The notes under the pieces: generated by a model
What the model saw: only the letters and a program-made list of their open reading frames with translations
Databases searched by the model: none
Told to the model about the DNA's origin: nothing
Made by a program: the position numbers and the translations under genes
IMG/VR virus record: IMGVR_UViG_2529292981_000041
Source: a virus
Taxonomy: Duplodnaviria > Heunggongvirae > Uroviricota > Caudoviricetes
Length of the DNA stretch: 14,983 nucleotides
Strand: one strand, 5' to 3'
Part shown: positions 1-7,787 of the stretch, in pieces
Position numbering within the stretch: the stretch's first letter is position 1
Layout: each line of letters starts with the position of its first letter

Positions 1-165
1 ATGGCAAAGCCGCTCATCACGCTCAATGGCCTAAAAATCGTCATTATGTTGGGAATGCTGGTCATTATTCTCTGCGGTATCCGTTTTGCCGCCGAGATCA
101 TCGTGCCGTTTATTCTCGCATTATTTATTGCTGTTATATATAACTTATTTCACATAACACGTTGA
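1..165 (+). pseudogene. Truncated 5' fragment (54 codons) of an inner-membrane transporter gene, TqsA/YdgG-like (AI-2E family)
   Basis: ATG at 1; translation [45 protein letters not shown] is strongly hydrophobic and matches my memory of the TqsA N-terminus. The frame then runs into AT-rich sequence and stops at 163-165 (YNLFHITR*). Identity is from memory, not verified. Confidence 0.45.
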
Positions 166-246
166 TTTAATTAAATAATTTTCACCGCAAAAAGTGCCAA
201 AAATCGCAAAATGACTACACCAGTGACTACACCGTTCGGTGCACTG

Positions 247-276
247 TATGAAACAACGTGGAACAAATAGACACAA
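247..276 (-). promoter_or_regulatory. Three tandem 10-bp TTGTT-type repeats (minus strand: ttgtgtctat ttgttccacg ttgtttcata)
   Basis: The 15-mer aacaacgtggaacaa at 252-266 is identical to 7716-7730 and differs by one base from the reverse complement of 13684-13698. Confidence 0.35.
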
Positions 277-387
277 GAAATATACAGGCGGATCATCTTT
301 CCAGGGGGAAGCGCACCAATTCATGAGGGGCGTTAATGTCGATATGGGGATCCCCACCTACCGGAATTTTTTTCCGGTTAAACGTTA

Positions 388-498
388 ATCAGGCTGGTGG
401 GCTTTACCTGTTCGGTAGGTGTTATGATTATCGTAATACCTTTCCCCCAATGGGGTAAAAGCATCAACCGTAACGAAAGTCGTTATGGTTGCCACTGA
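388..498 (+). pseudogene. Degraded fragment resembling the C-terminal region of a large terminase, opposite orientation to the island terL
   Basis: The 18-mer atcaggctggtgggcttt at 388-405 is the exact reverse complement of 1519-1536 inside terL, where it encodes IRLVGF. The plus frame here reads IRLVGFTCSVGVMIIVIPFPQ, against terL IRLVGFDTWNATHLRTQLQGAGFEVEPFPQ, then stops at 496-498. Confidence 0.3.
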
Positions 499-607
499 TA
501 CCCCAAATTTGGGTATCACGAGTAAGCCCCAAAATCTGGGTGTTACTCTTACTACCCAAACTACGGGTAGTTTCCGTAGTTTCATGGTCGAGTTGCAGAT
601 CTGCAAC
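444..607. repeat. Cluster of short inverted repeats (CCCAAA..GGG type) plus a perfect 16-bp palindrome
   Basis: Imperfect 21-bp palindrome gataccccaaatttgggtatc (498-518); ccca-aaatc-tggg (about 528-540); ctaccc-aaactac-gggtag (about 552-570); perfect palindrome gttgcagatctgcaac at 592-607. Confidence 0.4.
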
Positions 608-863
608 TCCCCCATTAACCACAGGCGAATTTCCGCCTTCGGTCATTCCTTAATCATCTGCGTAATCATAATGATTATTCAGCAAGCGCAATTTTGCGCT
701 TTGCTTAAAGTTCAGCGAGTTACCGCGCCGACTTCCTCAAATTGAGGTTTCCGAAAATATCAGCGGGTTAGCGATTAAGCTGACCATTAATTAAACTGCG
801 AAAATGTCGTAGTTGTGAGGGGTGTAGCCAACCCATTTTTGGGCCGTCGGGAATATCAACCAG

Positions 864-1145
864 TTACCGCCGCAACCGCTCCGGCTTCTTCCAGTGGTAC
901 GTTATTTTCTCCTTCTCCCGATACATCTCCACGCGGCGACGGTAGGCCAGCAACTCAAGAACTCTGGTTCGTATGTTGCGCATATCCACGCCATTAAGTT
1001 CTATACCATCACGGCGCATCACCTCAGCAACAACACGCGCATAGTTTTCGGCTGTCACGCTGTCCGGCAGCGTGGCCTGTTCGTCAGCCTGCTGGCTGAT
1101 TCCGGCAACGCGGCGGATTAATCCCGTTATTTCGGCTTCTGTCAT
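864..1145 (-). CDS. Hypothetical protein, last gene of the packaging operon (93 aa from ATG at 1145; a GTG at 1169 would give 101 aa)
   Basis: ORF MTEAEITGLIRRVAGISQQADEQ... lies directly downstream of terL and overlaps its stop. No recognisable motif. Confidence 0.5.
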   Translation of the reverse strand: MTEAEITGLIRRVAGISQQADEQATLPDSVTAENYARVVAEVMRRDGIELNGVDMRNIRTRVLELLAYRRRVEMYREKEKITYHWKKPERLRR

Positions 1146-1158
1146 GCTGCTGACCTCA

Positions 1159-2820
1159 TTACACCCCACTAAATTCTTCCAGTTTCTGGCGGTGGCTGTC
1201 GCTTATATCAAAAGCAAAATCCTCATGCTCTGCCTGGAATGTACCAAACGCCATCAGCGCCGCCACGCTCGGGTCTATCTTGTTCGGTGATTTTTTCTTG
1301 TTCGGCTTGATATTGGCGTTCGCGTCACTCTGCATCACGACGTTACTCATCGACCAGGACAACACCGGATCGCCACGATGCACAATCACCCTGCGGTTAA
1401 CAAAAACTTCGAACGATTTCGCCGCCGGACTGAATCTGAGGTAGGTTTGCGGGAACGGCTCCACCTCAAAACCTGCCCCCTGTAATTGCGTTCTGAGATG
1501 CGTGGCGTTCCACGTATCAAAGCCCACCAGCCTGATATTAAATTTCTCCGCGTCCTGCATGATGTCATCTCTGATCCGGTCGTAATCAATGCAGTCGCCA
1601 GGCGTTGTGCGTATCCAGCCTGCTTTAGCCCACTGACGATAGATGGCGCGGTTTTTATTGGCGGGGTTCTGTAGCTGGAACTCCGGCAGATAATGACGGG
1701 AAACCAGCATAATGGTTTTACCTACCGGAAAGGCATAGCACACGCTGGAAATATCGCTTGTGGATGATAAATCCAGCCCCGCGTAACACTCCTGGCCGTG
1801 TAAATCTTCCTCTGTGAACGTTCCGGCACACTCAGCCCATGCGCCGTTACCCATCCACGGGGTAGCCCCCTGGCACCAGATATTAAATCGCTTTGTCATC
1901 ATCTCCACCCACTGCGACGGAATACCCCGCGCTTTCTGGATGGTTGAGGCCAGTTTTTCACGATCCACGGAAACATCAATATTAGGGTTCGCCTTTATCC
2001 ACATCGCCGGATCATCAACCTCGTTTTCGTCGTCCAGTTCGTAAATCAGTACAAAAATTGAATCGTTGACCTCTTCGCCGTCCAGGATCTGGCAGCAATA
2101 ATCATAGTGCTGCTTACAGGCTGAAACGACGTTACTGCCTGATGTGGTAATAGCAAATAACAGCCCTTCGGGACGTGCGCCCATCCCCAGCTCAAGCGCG
2201 GAATAAACGCCGTTATCGGGGTGCAAGTGGTATTCGTCCACGATGGAAAGGCTGGGGTTTGTTCCCTCGATGGTTGCCGCTTTTGCTGCCAGCGGCTTTA
2301 ACAGGCTGTTGCTTTTCGGGTGTATCACCTTATGCGCCTGAATATTCACCCGCCTGCGTAACGGTCGGGATAAAAGGCACATCTGACGCGCATCATCAAA
2401 GACGATCCGCGCCTGGTCACGGCTCACCGCTGCGGTGTAGATATCCTGCTGACCGTTCTCCATAATCAGAAACCAGTTAGCCAGAATCGCGGCGGTCGTT
2501 GATTTCGCATTTTTGCGCGGCACTTCGATAAAGGCGCTCGTATATTTGCGCCGTCCGGTGGCCTTAACCTTAAAGCCGAGAATGCACGCAAAGGCGAACT
2601 GCTGCCACGGCTCCAGCTCAATGGGTCTGCCACGCATCGGCCCTTTTACGTGCGGGCACACCCTGGAAAAGGCAATAAACCGATCCACAACCTCACGATC
2701 GAACGTGTAAAGGGGGCTTTTAAGGTCCGAAAAGTACCGTTTAACGGCCTGTTTCAGCCGTTTACAGGCCGGAATTTTGCCCGTTTTTACGTCTTCTGCG
2801 TACTTATTCCAGGCGGTCAA
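1159..2820 (-). CDS. terL: Terminase large subunit (Terminase_1-like), apparent TTG start
   Basis: 553-aa ORF with the terminase ATPase P-loop context FIEVPRKNAKSTTAAILANWF and a nuclease-type C-terminal half. The furthest in-frame start is TTG at 2818-2820, preceded by GAGGA. It overlaps the terS stop by 17 nt. Confidence 0.9.
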   Translation of the reverse strand: MTAWNKYAEDVKTGKIPACKRLKQAVKRYFSDLKSPLYTFDREVVDRFIAFSRVCPHVKGPMRGRPIELEPWQQFAFACILGFKVKATGRRKYTSAFIEVPRKNAKSTTAAILANWFLIMENGQQDIYTAAVSRDQARIVFDDARQMCLLSRPLRRRVNIQAHKVIHPKSNSLLKPLAAKAATIEGTNPSLSIVDEYHLHPDNGVYSALELGMGARPEGLLFAITTSGSNVVSACKQHYDYCCQILDGEEVNDSIFVLIYELDDENEVDDPAMWIKANPNIDVSVDREKLASTIQKARGIPSQWVEMMTKRFNIWCQGATPWMGNGAWAECAGTFTEEDLHGQECYAGLDLSSTSDISSVCYAFPVGKTIMLVSRHYLPEFQLQNPANKNRAIYRQWAKAGWIRTTPGDCIDYDRIRDDIMQDAEKFNIRLVGFDTWNATHLRTQLQGAGFEVEPFPQTYLRFSPAAKSFEVFVNRRVIVHRGDPVLSWSMSNVVMQSDANANIKPNKKKSPNKIDPSVAALMAFGTFQAEHEDFAFDISDSHRQKLEEFSGV

Positions 2821-3160
2821 GCTCGTCCTCTTCTTCTGTTTCCGGTGGATTTTTACGGCGGCTTATCGGGTCAAAACCGAGCAAGGAGGCCATTTTTATC
2901 ATCACTCTTTCCGCGTCGGATTTCGCGCTTAATGCGGGGTTTCTGCTCTCTCCGCCCTGACTGTTAACAATGCTGAACCCGCGCGCCGCAAGGTCTGCGA
3001 CGGCTTTCCGGTATATCGAGTAATTGACGCAATACAGTTCCAGATTGCTCCAGTCGGCGGGAGTCAGGTCACCCCGTTCCGCAAGCTGCCGCGATTTTTC
3101 CCGCCACTGCTTCACGGCGATATCATCCAGGTAGGCGGGGGCTTTCGGTGGTCTTGCCAT
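2804..3160 (-). CDS. terS: Terminase small subunit, P27 family
   Basis: 118-aa ORF starting MARPPKAP, the RPPK N-terminal signature of P27-family small terminases, with an acidic C-terminus; sits immediately upstream of terL. Confidence 0.8.
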   Translation of the reverse strand: MARPPKAPAYLDDIAVKQWREKSRQLAERGDLTPADWSNLELYCVNYSIYRKAVADLAARGFSIVNSQGGESRNPALSAKSDAERVMIKMASLLGFDPISRRKNPPETEEEDELDRLE

Positions 3161-3214
3161 ACTTATTTTTTCGCCAGATTATTTTTCAAAAAATTCCCGT
3201 GCATAAAAATTTGA

Positions 3215-3265
3215 GGAGGCGGTCGGTGCCCGGCGGGGTCGGGTTTGTCCTGAAAACGCCCCCCA
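3215..3265. other. Candidate cos region (GC-rich block between HNH and terS)
   Basis: ggaggcggtcggtgcccggcggggtcgggtttgtcc sits in the only sizeable non-coding gap of the packaging operon, about 60-100 nt upstream of the terS start. Placement is by analogy with HK97-like HNH/TerS/TerL cos systems. Confidence 0.25.
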
Positions 3266-3283
3266 CCCCGTCATACAGCCTCA

Positions 3284-3466
3284 TCAGCGATTGCGGAAAC
3301 ATTCCATAACCTCGCGGTCACGGTCGGTTAATCGCTTCGCTGTGATGCGTTCTGCGCGTCCTGACGCTTTATCTTTATGCCCTGTTTCCTGTGTCTTCCA
3401 TGCGTCACGCTGCCTTATAAGTCCACGGATAAGGCGGTTTTGTTCCCGCTCATTCATCAGCGTCAT
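3284..3466 (-). CDS. Possible small basic protein (60 aa) between HNH and terS
   Basis: ATG at 3464-3466, MTLMNEREQNRLIRGLIRQRDAWK...; Arg/Lys-rich; overlaps the HNH stop by a few codons. Could instead be non-coding sequence around cos. Confidence 0.25.
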   Translation of the reverse strand: MTLMNEREQNRLIRGLIRQRDAWKTQETGHKDKASGRAERITAKRLTDRDREVMECFRNR

Positions 3467-3890
3467 ACATCCAGTTATTGCGGTTAGCGGCCCGTTCTTC
3501 CTCTTCACGAAACCCACCTGCGGCACGCTTGCTTTTTGTTGCCGGATCAAGCCATTTCGTTTTCTGGTTATGGCACGCCTGGCACAATGGCTGATGGTTC
3601 CATTCGGGCCAGAAGAGAACATCATCACCGCCATTAATCGGGATAATGTGATCCACCACCACGGCGGGCGTATATATCCCCTTCTCAAGGCATCGCACGC
3701 ATAACGGGTTTTTACTCAGATACATGGCGCGGTATTTGTCCCACTGTCTGGAGTACCCACGCGCGCGGCGGTGTCCTCGTCTGGCATCCTCTGCACGCCA
3801 TGCCGCCCGCCTGTGCTCCTCACACTTGCCGGACTTCACGCGCCTGTTACAGCCTGGTTCTGTGCATCGTCTTAATGGTTGCCACGGCAT
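3450..3890 (-). CDS. HNH endonuclease (packaging-associated)
   Basis: 146-aa ORF with Cys pairs CTEPGCNRR and CVRC, conserved His/Asn spacing (VVVDHIIPINGG ... NHQPLCQACHNQK). Its ATG shares one base with the connector stop. Confidence 0.85.
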   Translation of the reverse strand: MPWQPLRRCTEPGCNRRVKSGKCEEHRRAAWRAEDARRGHRRARGYSRQWDKYRAMYLSKNPLCVRCLEKGIYTPAVVVDHIIPINGGDDVLFWPEWNHQPLCQACHNQKTKWLDPATKSKRAAGGFREEEERAANRNNWMYDADE

Positions 3891-4186
3891 CAGTACACCC
3901 CCACATCACGGTAAGCCGTCCAGAGTGCACCAATCGTCATGGGTACGCGTGTTTTTGCGTTATCCGCGACAATCTGGCGATTTTCATACAGGTGAGCGAT
4001 AAACATCATGCAGCCAATCTTTATGGCTGGCGTGAACGCCAGCCCGTCATCAAAGCGCCTGCCTATGTGTATCTGGCACGCCTCAAGCGATGCGGCGATG
4101 TATCCGCTGATTAACTGGTCTTCCTCGTCGCCATCGATGCGGCAATGGAGTTTCACTTCTTCCAGGGTGATAAGTTCTTCTGTCAT
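3890..4186 (-). CDS. gp6-like head-tail connector protein
   Basis: 98 aa, MTEELITLEEVKLHCRIDGDEEDQLISGYIAAS..., the typical N-terminal motif of phage gp6-like connector proteins. ATGA overlap with the upstream gene. Confidence 0.65.
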   Translation of the reverse strand: MTEELITLEEVKLHCRIDGDEEDQLISGYIAASLEACQIHIGRRFDDGLAFTPAIKIGCMMFIAHLYENRQIVADNAKTRVPMTIGALWTAYRDVGVY

Positions 4187-4521
4187 TTTTCCGCGCCCTC
4201 ACGACAAAGAATTTCAAGGCGTGTCCTGGCGGCATCCGGCAGCGGCTGCCCGATGATATTCAGTACACGCCCCGCCAGCGGCCCCGTATTGACCTTTATC
4301 CGGCTGGTGGCGTTGATGTCCTTCCTGTAGCGTATCCATATCCTTACCGTTCCAGTCGCCAGTTCTGCACCCGATGAAATGGCCTCCTTGCTGCTGATCA
4401 TGTTCACGCTTGCCCAGAGTGTGTGACCGTCCACCCACGTTTCGAGTATTTCGCCGGTTATATCCCTGGTCTGTTTCAGGGTCTGAATCGTTACCCTGTC
4501 ACGCAGTCGCCCTATGTTCAT
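4183..4521 (-). CDS. Head-closure / head-tail adaptor protein (start MNIGRL)
   Basis: ATG at 4519-4521 overlaps the portal TGA stop (ATGA). Product MNIGRLRDRVTIQTLKQTRDITGEILETWVDGHTLWASV... fits phage head-tail joining proteins. Confidence 0.65.
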   Translation of the reverse strand: MNIGRLRDRVTIQTLKQTRDITGEILETWVDGHTLWASVNMISSKEAISSGAELATGTVRIWIRYRKDINATSRIKVNTGPLAGRVLNIIGQPLPDAARTRLEILCREGAEK

Positions 4522-5729
4522 TCCGGTTTTTCTCCCTCGCTGATTTTTACTTCCTGTTTCCATGCCTGGCTGAACTCATCACCACCATCACGCGGGGACA
4601 GCCCTTCACGTTCGCGGGCTTCGTTCGGGCACATAACGCCGGATTTGATGCCGCGTTCATAGGTGGCAAAGCGTTCGCCAGGAGTGGCCCGTAACAGGTC
4701 CGCGCTGTCAAACTCCACCTGATACCGGATACCAGGTACAGGTGAGGCCACCAGCAGGGCGTTTTTTATCTGCTGCTCAAAGTTCGCCAGCCACGGGCGC
4801 ATCGTCATGGTGAGAAATGCGCGGCTTGCCTCGCTGAAATTGCTGTAGGTGCTGTTGCTGTATTCCTGCAAAAAAATCGGCGAGACGTTGAACATTCGGG
4901 CGATGTCTTCAATGGTGAAGCGACGGGAGGCCAGCCATTCAGCATCCTGATTACTCATGCCCAGCTGCTGATAGCTCATACCCCCTTCAAGGATGGGCGT
5001 TTTTCCGGCGTTTCTGGCCCCTTTGTAGCGTTCCAGTGCGGCTAATGCCTGTTTACCCTTCACGCCGTCCAGCCACTCGCCTGACGTGATAACCCCTGCC
5101 GCCATCATGCCATCACGCATCACGCTCGCGCCGTGGCGTTGTTGGGCCAGCCCAAGCCCCAGCGATTCGCGGCAGATGGTTACAGGTGAGCGCCCCATAA
5201 AACCGTCATCCGTGGAGTAACGAAGGTGGAGAACCTCCCACGGTAAATAGTTGCGGGTGTTTCCGGTGTAGGCGTCAGTGATGCAGTAGCGCCAGTTATG
5301 CTCACCTGTCTGCTCCACGTTCACCGACTGCGGCGGGTAAGGATGTAAAGCCACCGGAAAACCATCACGCCCCCACTGAATCACCGCATAAGCATTACCG
5401 TTTAACAGGCAGTGGCGGATCATCATTCGCTTAAACTGGTAGGGGGTTTGCCATGCGTTCGGGCGCTCGTTGAGGATGTGATCGACCGGATGAGAATCAA
5501 GCCACTCTCGGGCCTCCTTCCCCTTCTCATTGCGTACCAGGTACAGGTAACACGGCATGGTAGCCACCGCCTCAGAGATGACCGTGACGGCGTTCATGAC
5601 GGCGGGCAGTGATTCCGCTGTCCCCGATGATACGTACTCACCCGCCCCCGTGTTCGATGTGCCAGCCAGCGCCATAAACTCATCAAGCGTCATGCTGCGC
5701 TGCTCTTTTTTTCTTCTGAAAGGCCACAT
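4518..5729 (-). CDS. Portal protein, HK97 family
   Basis: 403-aa ORF with portal-type segments (LLNGNAYAVIQW, DIARMFNVSPIFL). Start is preceded by GGGGG and lies 1 nt after the protease stop. Confidence 0.9.
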   Translation of the reverse strand: MWPFRRKKEQRSMTLDEFMALAGTSNTGAGEYVSSGTAESLPAVMNAVTVISEAVATMPCYLYLVRNEKGKEAREWLDSHPVDHILNERPNAWQTPYQFKRMMIRHCLLNGNAYAVIQWGRDGFPVALHPYPPQSVNVEQTGEHNWRYCITDAYTGNTRNYLPWEVLHLRYSTDDGFMGRSPVTICRESLGLGLAQQRHGASVMRDGMMAAGVITSGEWLDGVKGKQALAALERYKGARNAGKTPILEGGMSYQQLGMSNQDAEWLASRRFTIEDIARMFNVSPIFLQEYSNSTYSNFSEASRAFLTMTMRPWLANFEQQIKNALLVASPVPGIRYQVEFDSADLLRATPGERFATYERGIKSGVMCPNEAREREGLSPRDGGDEFSQAWKQEVKISEGEKPE

Positions 5730-5730
5730 A

Positions 5731-6288
5731 TCACACCCCCGCTAAATCCGCCCACCAGCGGCGATTATCCGCACGAGGCATTTTTTCAGGGTGCTGCTCA
5801 TACAGGGAACGGCGGGCCAGCTCCACGCCAGAATCAGGGTAAGCCGGTACGGATGTCACGGTAATTTCGTACAGTTCCGCTATCAGTACAGTACGCACAC
5901 ATGGATCGACTGTCGTATCCCATACATCCTTACGGGAACGAAAGCCAAAGCTCATGCCCGAGATGTCACCACGTTTAACCAGTTCGATAACGTCCCGCCC
6001 TGTGCTGGTATCCGGTGGGATCAGTTCAAAACGTAACCCTGTGTCATCCTCTTCCAGTCTCAGCGTACCGGAACGGGTGCGCCCCAGTAACATGCTGTGG
6101 TCATGCTCATACAGGCCGCGAACGTCATTACCCACCGCAAGCCATTCAGTAAACGCCCCCCGCTGGAATTTTTCGTAAAACTCCCCCCATAGCAGCTCTG
6201 AAAGGTTATCCCAGCGAACAACGTAGCCTGTAAGCGTGTTGCTGCCGCTGGTGGTGATTTCCGATGACCGGATTTCCATACTCATCAT
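5731..6288 (-). CDS. Prohead maturation protease, HK97 family (S78-like)
   Basis: 185 aa; motifs GYVVRWDN, GLYEHDHSMLLGRT and ISGMSFGF are characteristic of HK97-type prohead proteases. Confidence 0.85.
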   Translation of the reverse strand: MMSMEIRSSEITTSGSNTLTGYVVRWDNLSELLWGEFYEKFQRGAFTEWLAVGNDVRGLYEHDHSMLLGRTRSGTLRLEEDDTGLRFELIPPDTSTGRDVIELVKRGDISGMSFGFRSRKDVWDTTVDPCVRTVLIAELYEITVTSVPAYPDSGVELARRSLYEQHPEKMPRADNRRWWADLAGV

Positions 6289-6311
6289 AATTTTTTCACC
6301 TGTAAAACAGA

Positions 6312-6333
6312 GAAGGGGCTTTTTAGCCCCTTC
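6312..6333 (-). terminator. Perfect 9-bp GC-rich hairpin 10 nt after the capsid gene stop (possible partial terminator)
   Basis: gaaggggct-tttt-agccccttc. On the minus strand it is followed by tctgtttta, then the protease start. Confidence 0.45.
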
Positions 6334-6342
6334 GGTGTGCTG

Positions 6343-7500
6343 TTAATCGTCGTCCTGCGGCAGTTCCAGAATCTTTATAGCGTTCGAATCCACCACGCCA
6401 CCGCCTAAATATTTCTGCGTGAAAATTTTGATAAAGCCCGGCTCTGTCAGGTTGTCCGGTCTGGTGCGCACGCCCGTTTCATGATCAACGATGTAATAAC
6501 CGCGTTTGAAGTCACCCAGGGCGATAACGTTATCCGGCATAAATTCCAGATACTCCACCGGAAGCCCCAGCAACGTATCAGGATCACCCGCCTGTAAACG
6601 GTCGCGCCAGATGTAATCGCCGTTCGCGTTCTTCACCTTCTGAAGTTTTGCCGCCGTCGTGGAGTTAACCACCCAGACCGCGTTTTTGCGGTATTTTTTA
6701 CGTAATGCAAATTTCAGGTCGATCAGCGGGTCCGCAGATGTCCACGCCAGAGATTCGGAAGGTTTAATTACCTGCAACGTACCAAAATCACGCTCTTTGT
6801 CGTTCTTCTCTGCACGGGGTACGGATAAAAAACCTTTTGCTTTTTTGTCACCGTCGCCCACAACCAGATCGCTTTCTTCGGTTTCCGTGAAGGTGTCGCC
6901 AATCTCACCCGTCAGCCATGAAAGGATGTCCACATCGGAAAAATCCACGATTTCCTGTGTGGTGCGCGGGTACGCATAGACCGGATACAGCTTAATGCTC
7001 ACCTCGTTAATCTGCGGGGTGCTGGTCTGTTCGCGTGCCTTACCCTCTTCACCGTGGTTAACGGTCGCACCGCCAGCGGAAACAAGCTGCTTAAACTCGT
7101 TGCTGCTGATTTTCTTCACGGTACAGATGCGGCGCATGGTGGATTCATCCGCCAGCATTCGCATGATTTCGGTGTTCAGCTCGGGGATAACGGTATAACC
7201 ACCATCAGCGGGAACGCCTGTACTTAATGCGCGGGTTTCACCTGTCAGGATGTAGTTGCGTAGTTCTGCGGGGTCAGTGGTCTGACTGCTTTTACCTGGC
7301 TTGCTGCGCTCTTCGTCTGCAATGGCTTCAAGGCGGGAAATGTCTTTATCGAGGGATTCAGCTTTAGCGCGTAATTCGTCAAATTTTGCGCCCTCAGCAT
7401 CGTTAAGACTGCGGTTTTCTTTTTCCGCGTTCTCCAGCATGTCGCGCATCTGATTTTTAATGGCGGTTTTCTGCTGGCGTAATTCGATTATTCTCGGCAT
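6343..7500 (-). CDS. Major capsid protein, HK97 fold, with N-terminal delta (scaffold-like) domain
   Basis: 385 aa; charged, coiled-coil-like first ~110 residues (LRQQKTAIKNQMRDMLENAEKENRSLNDAEGAKFDELRAKAESLDKDISRLEAIADEE) followed by an HK97 MCP-like body. Confidence 0.9.
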   Translation of the reverse strand: MPRIIELRQQKTAIKNQMRDMLENAEKENRSLNDAEGAKFDELRAKAESLDKDISRLEAIADEERSKPGKSSQTTDPAELRNYILTGETRALSTGVPADGGYTVIPELNTEIMRMLADESTMRRICTVKKISSNEFKQLVSAGGATVNHGEEGKAREQTSTPQINEVSIKLYPVYAYPRTTQEIVDFSDVDILSWLTGEIGDTFTETEESDLVVGDGDKKAKGFLSVPRAEKNDKERDFGTLQVIKPSESLAWTSADPLIDLKFALRKKYRKNAVWVVNSTTAAKLQKVKNANGDYIWRDRLQAGDPDTLLGLPVEYLEFMPDNVIALGDFKRGYYIVDHETGVRTRPDNLTEPGFIKIFTQKYLGGGVVDSNAIKILELPQDDD

Positions 7501-7537
7501 AAAAAAAGTCCTGGGGTTAAGTAAGGAACTCCAGGAC
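7501..7537 (-). terminator. Intrinsic-terminator-like hairpin plus 7-U tract ending at the capsid ATG; the only SD-like AGGA lies in the 3' arm
   Basis: Minus strand: gtcctggagtt-ccttactt-aaccccaggac then ttttttt then ATG. Stem is 7 bp, one mismatch, 3 bp. Confidence 0.45.
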
Positions 7538-7590
7538 GCGGCAAAAACTCAACCGTTTTTCATAAGGAAATCAGCAATCGCACCGTTCGT

Positions 7591-7638
7591 TTTCCCGCCT
7601 GGTAATGAATATTGGCGAGAACATTAACAGGCGGGAAA
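7591..7638. repeat. Long inverted repeat (about 16-bp stem, 14-nt loop) in the capsid-operon leader
   Basis: tttcccgcctg g taatg ... cattaa caggcgggaaa: 11 perfect pairs, one mismatch, 5 more pairs. Confidence 0.5.
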
Positions 7639-7710
7639 GTGGCCCCAGCGTCCTGGCACCACGGGCGAGAATAATCATGATTCAGTTCGGGTAAAATATG
7701 CCGATCCGCT

Positions 7711-7740
7711 CAGTGAACAACGTGGAACAACCACGAACAA
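7711..7740 (-). promoter_or_regulatory. Three tandem 10-bp repeats (ttgttcgtgg ttgttccacg ttgttcactg) over a weak sigma70-like promoter for the capsid operon
   Basis: Minus strand: TTGTTC, 16 nt, TATTTT just downstream of the repeats. The weak -35 with helical-turn-phased repeats suggests activator dependence. Confidence 0.4.
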
Positions 7741-7759
7741 ATAATTTACAAAACATGAC

Positions 7760-7781
7760 AAAAAGCCGGATTGCTCCGGCT
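7760..7781 (-). terminator. Rho-independent terminator after the PerC-like gene
   Basis: Minus strand: agccgga-gcaa-tccggct followed by ttttt, 7 nt after the stop at 7788-7790. Confidence 0.5.
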
Positions 7782-7787
7782 GTGTGA

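Noticed and set aside
361-377. Hairpin ccggaa-ttttt-ttccgg as a terminator
   Set aside because: Short AT-closed stem with no downstream U-tract on either strand; insufficient for a terminator call.
388-405. Chi-containing 18-mer as the att core
   Set aside because: The copies are not in direct orientation at the island ends; one lies inside the terL coding sequence and the left copy is in a terL-homologous remnant. Shared ancestry explains it better than an att core.
7571-7678. 35-codon leader peptide ORF in the capsid-operon leader
   Set aside because: No Shine-Dalgarno sequence and no recognisable regulatory codon pattern. The structured RNA explanation does not need it.
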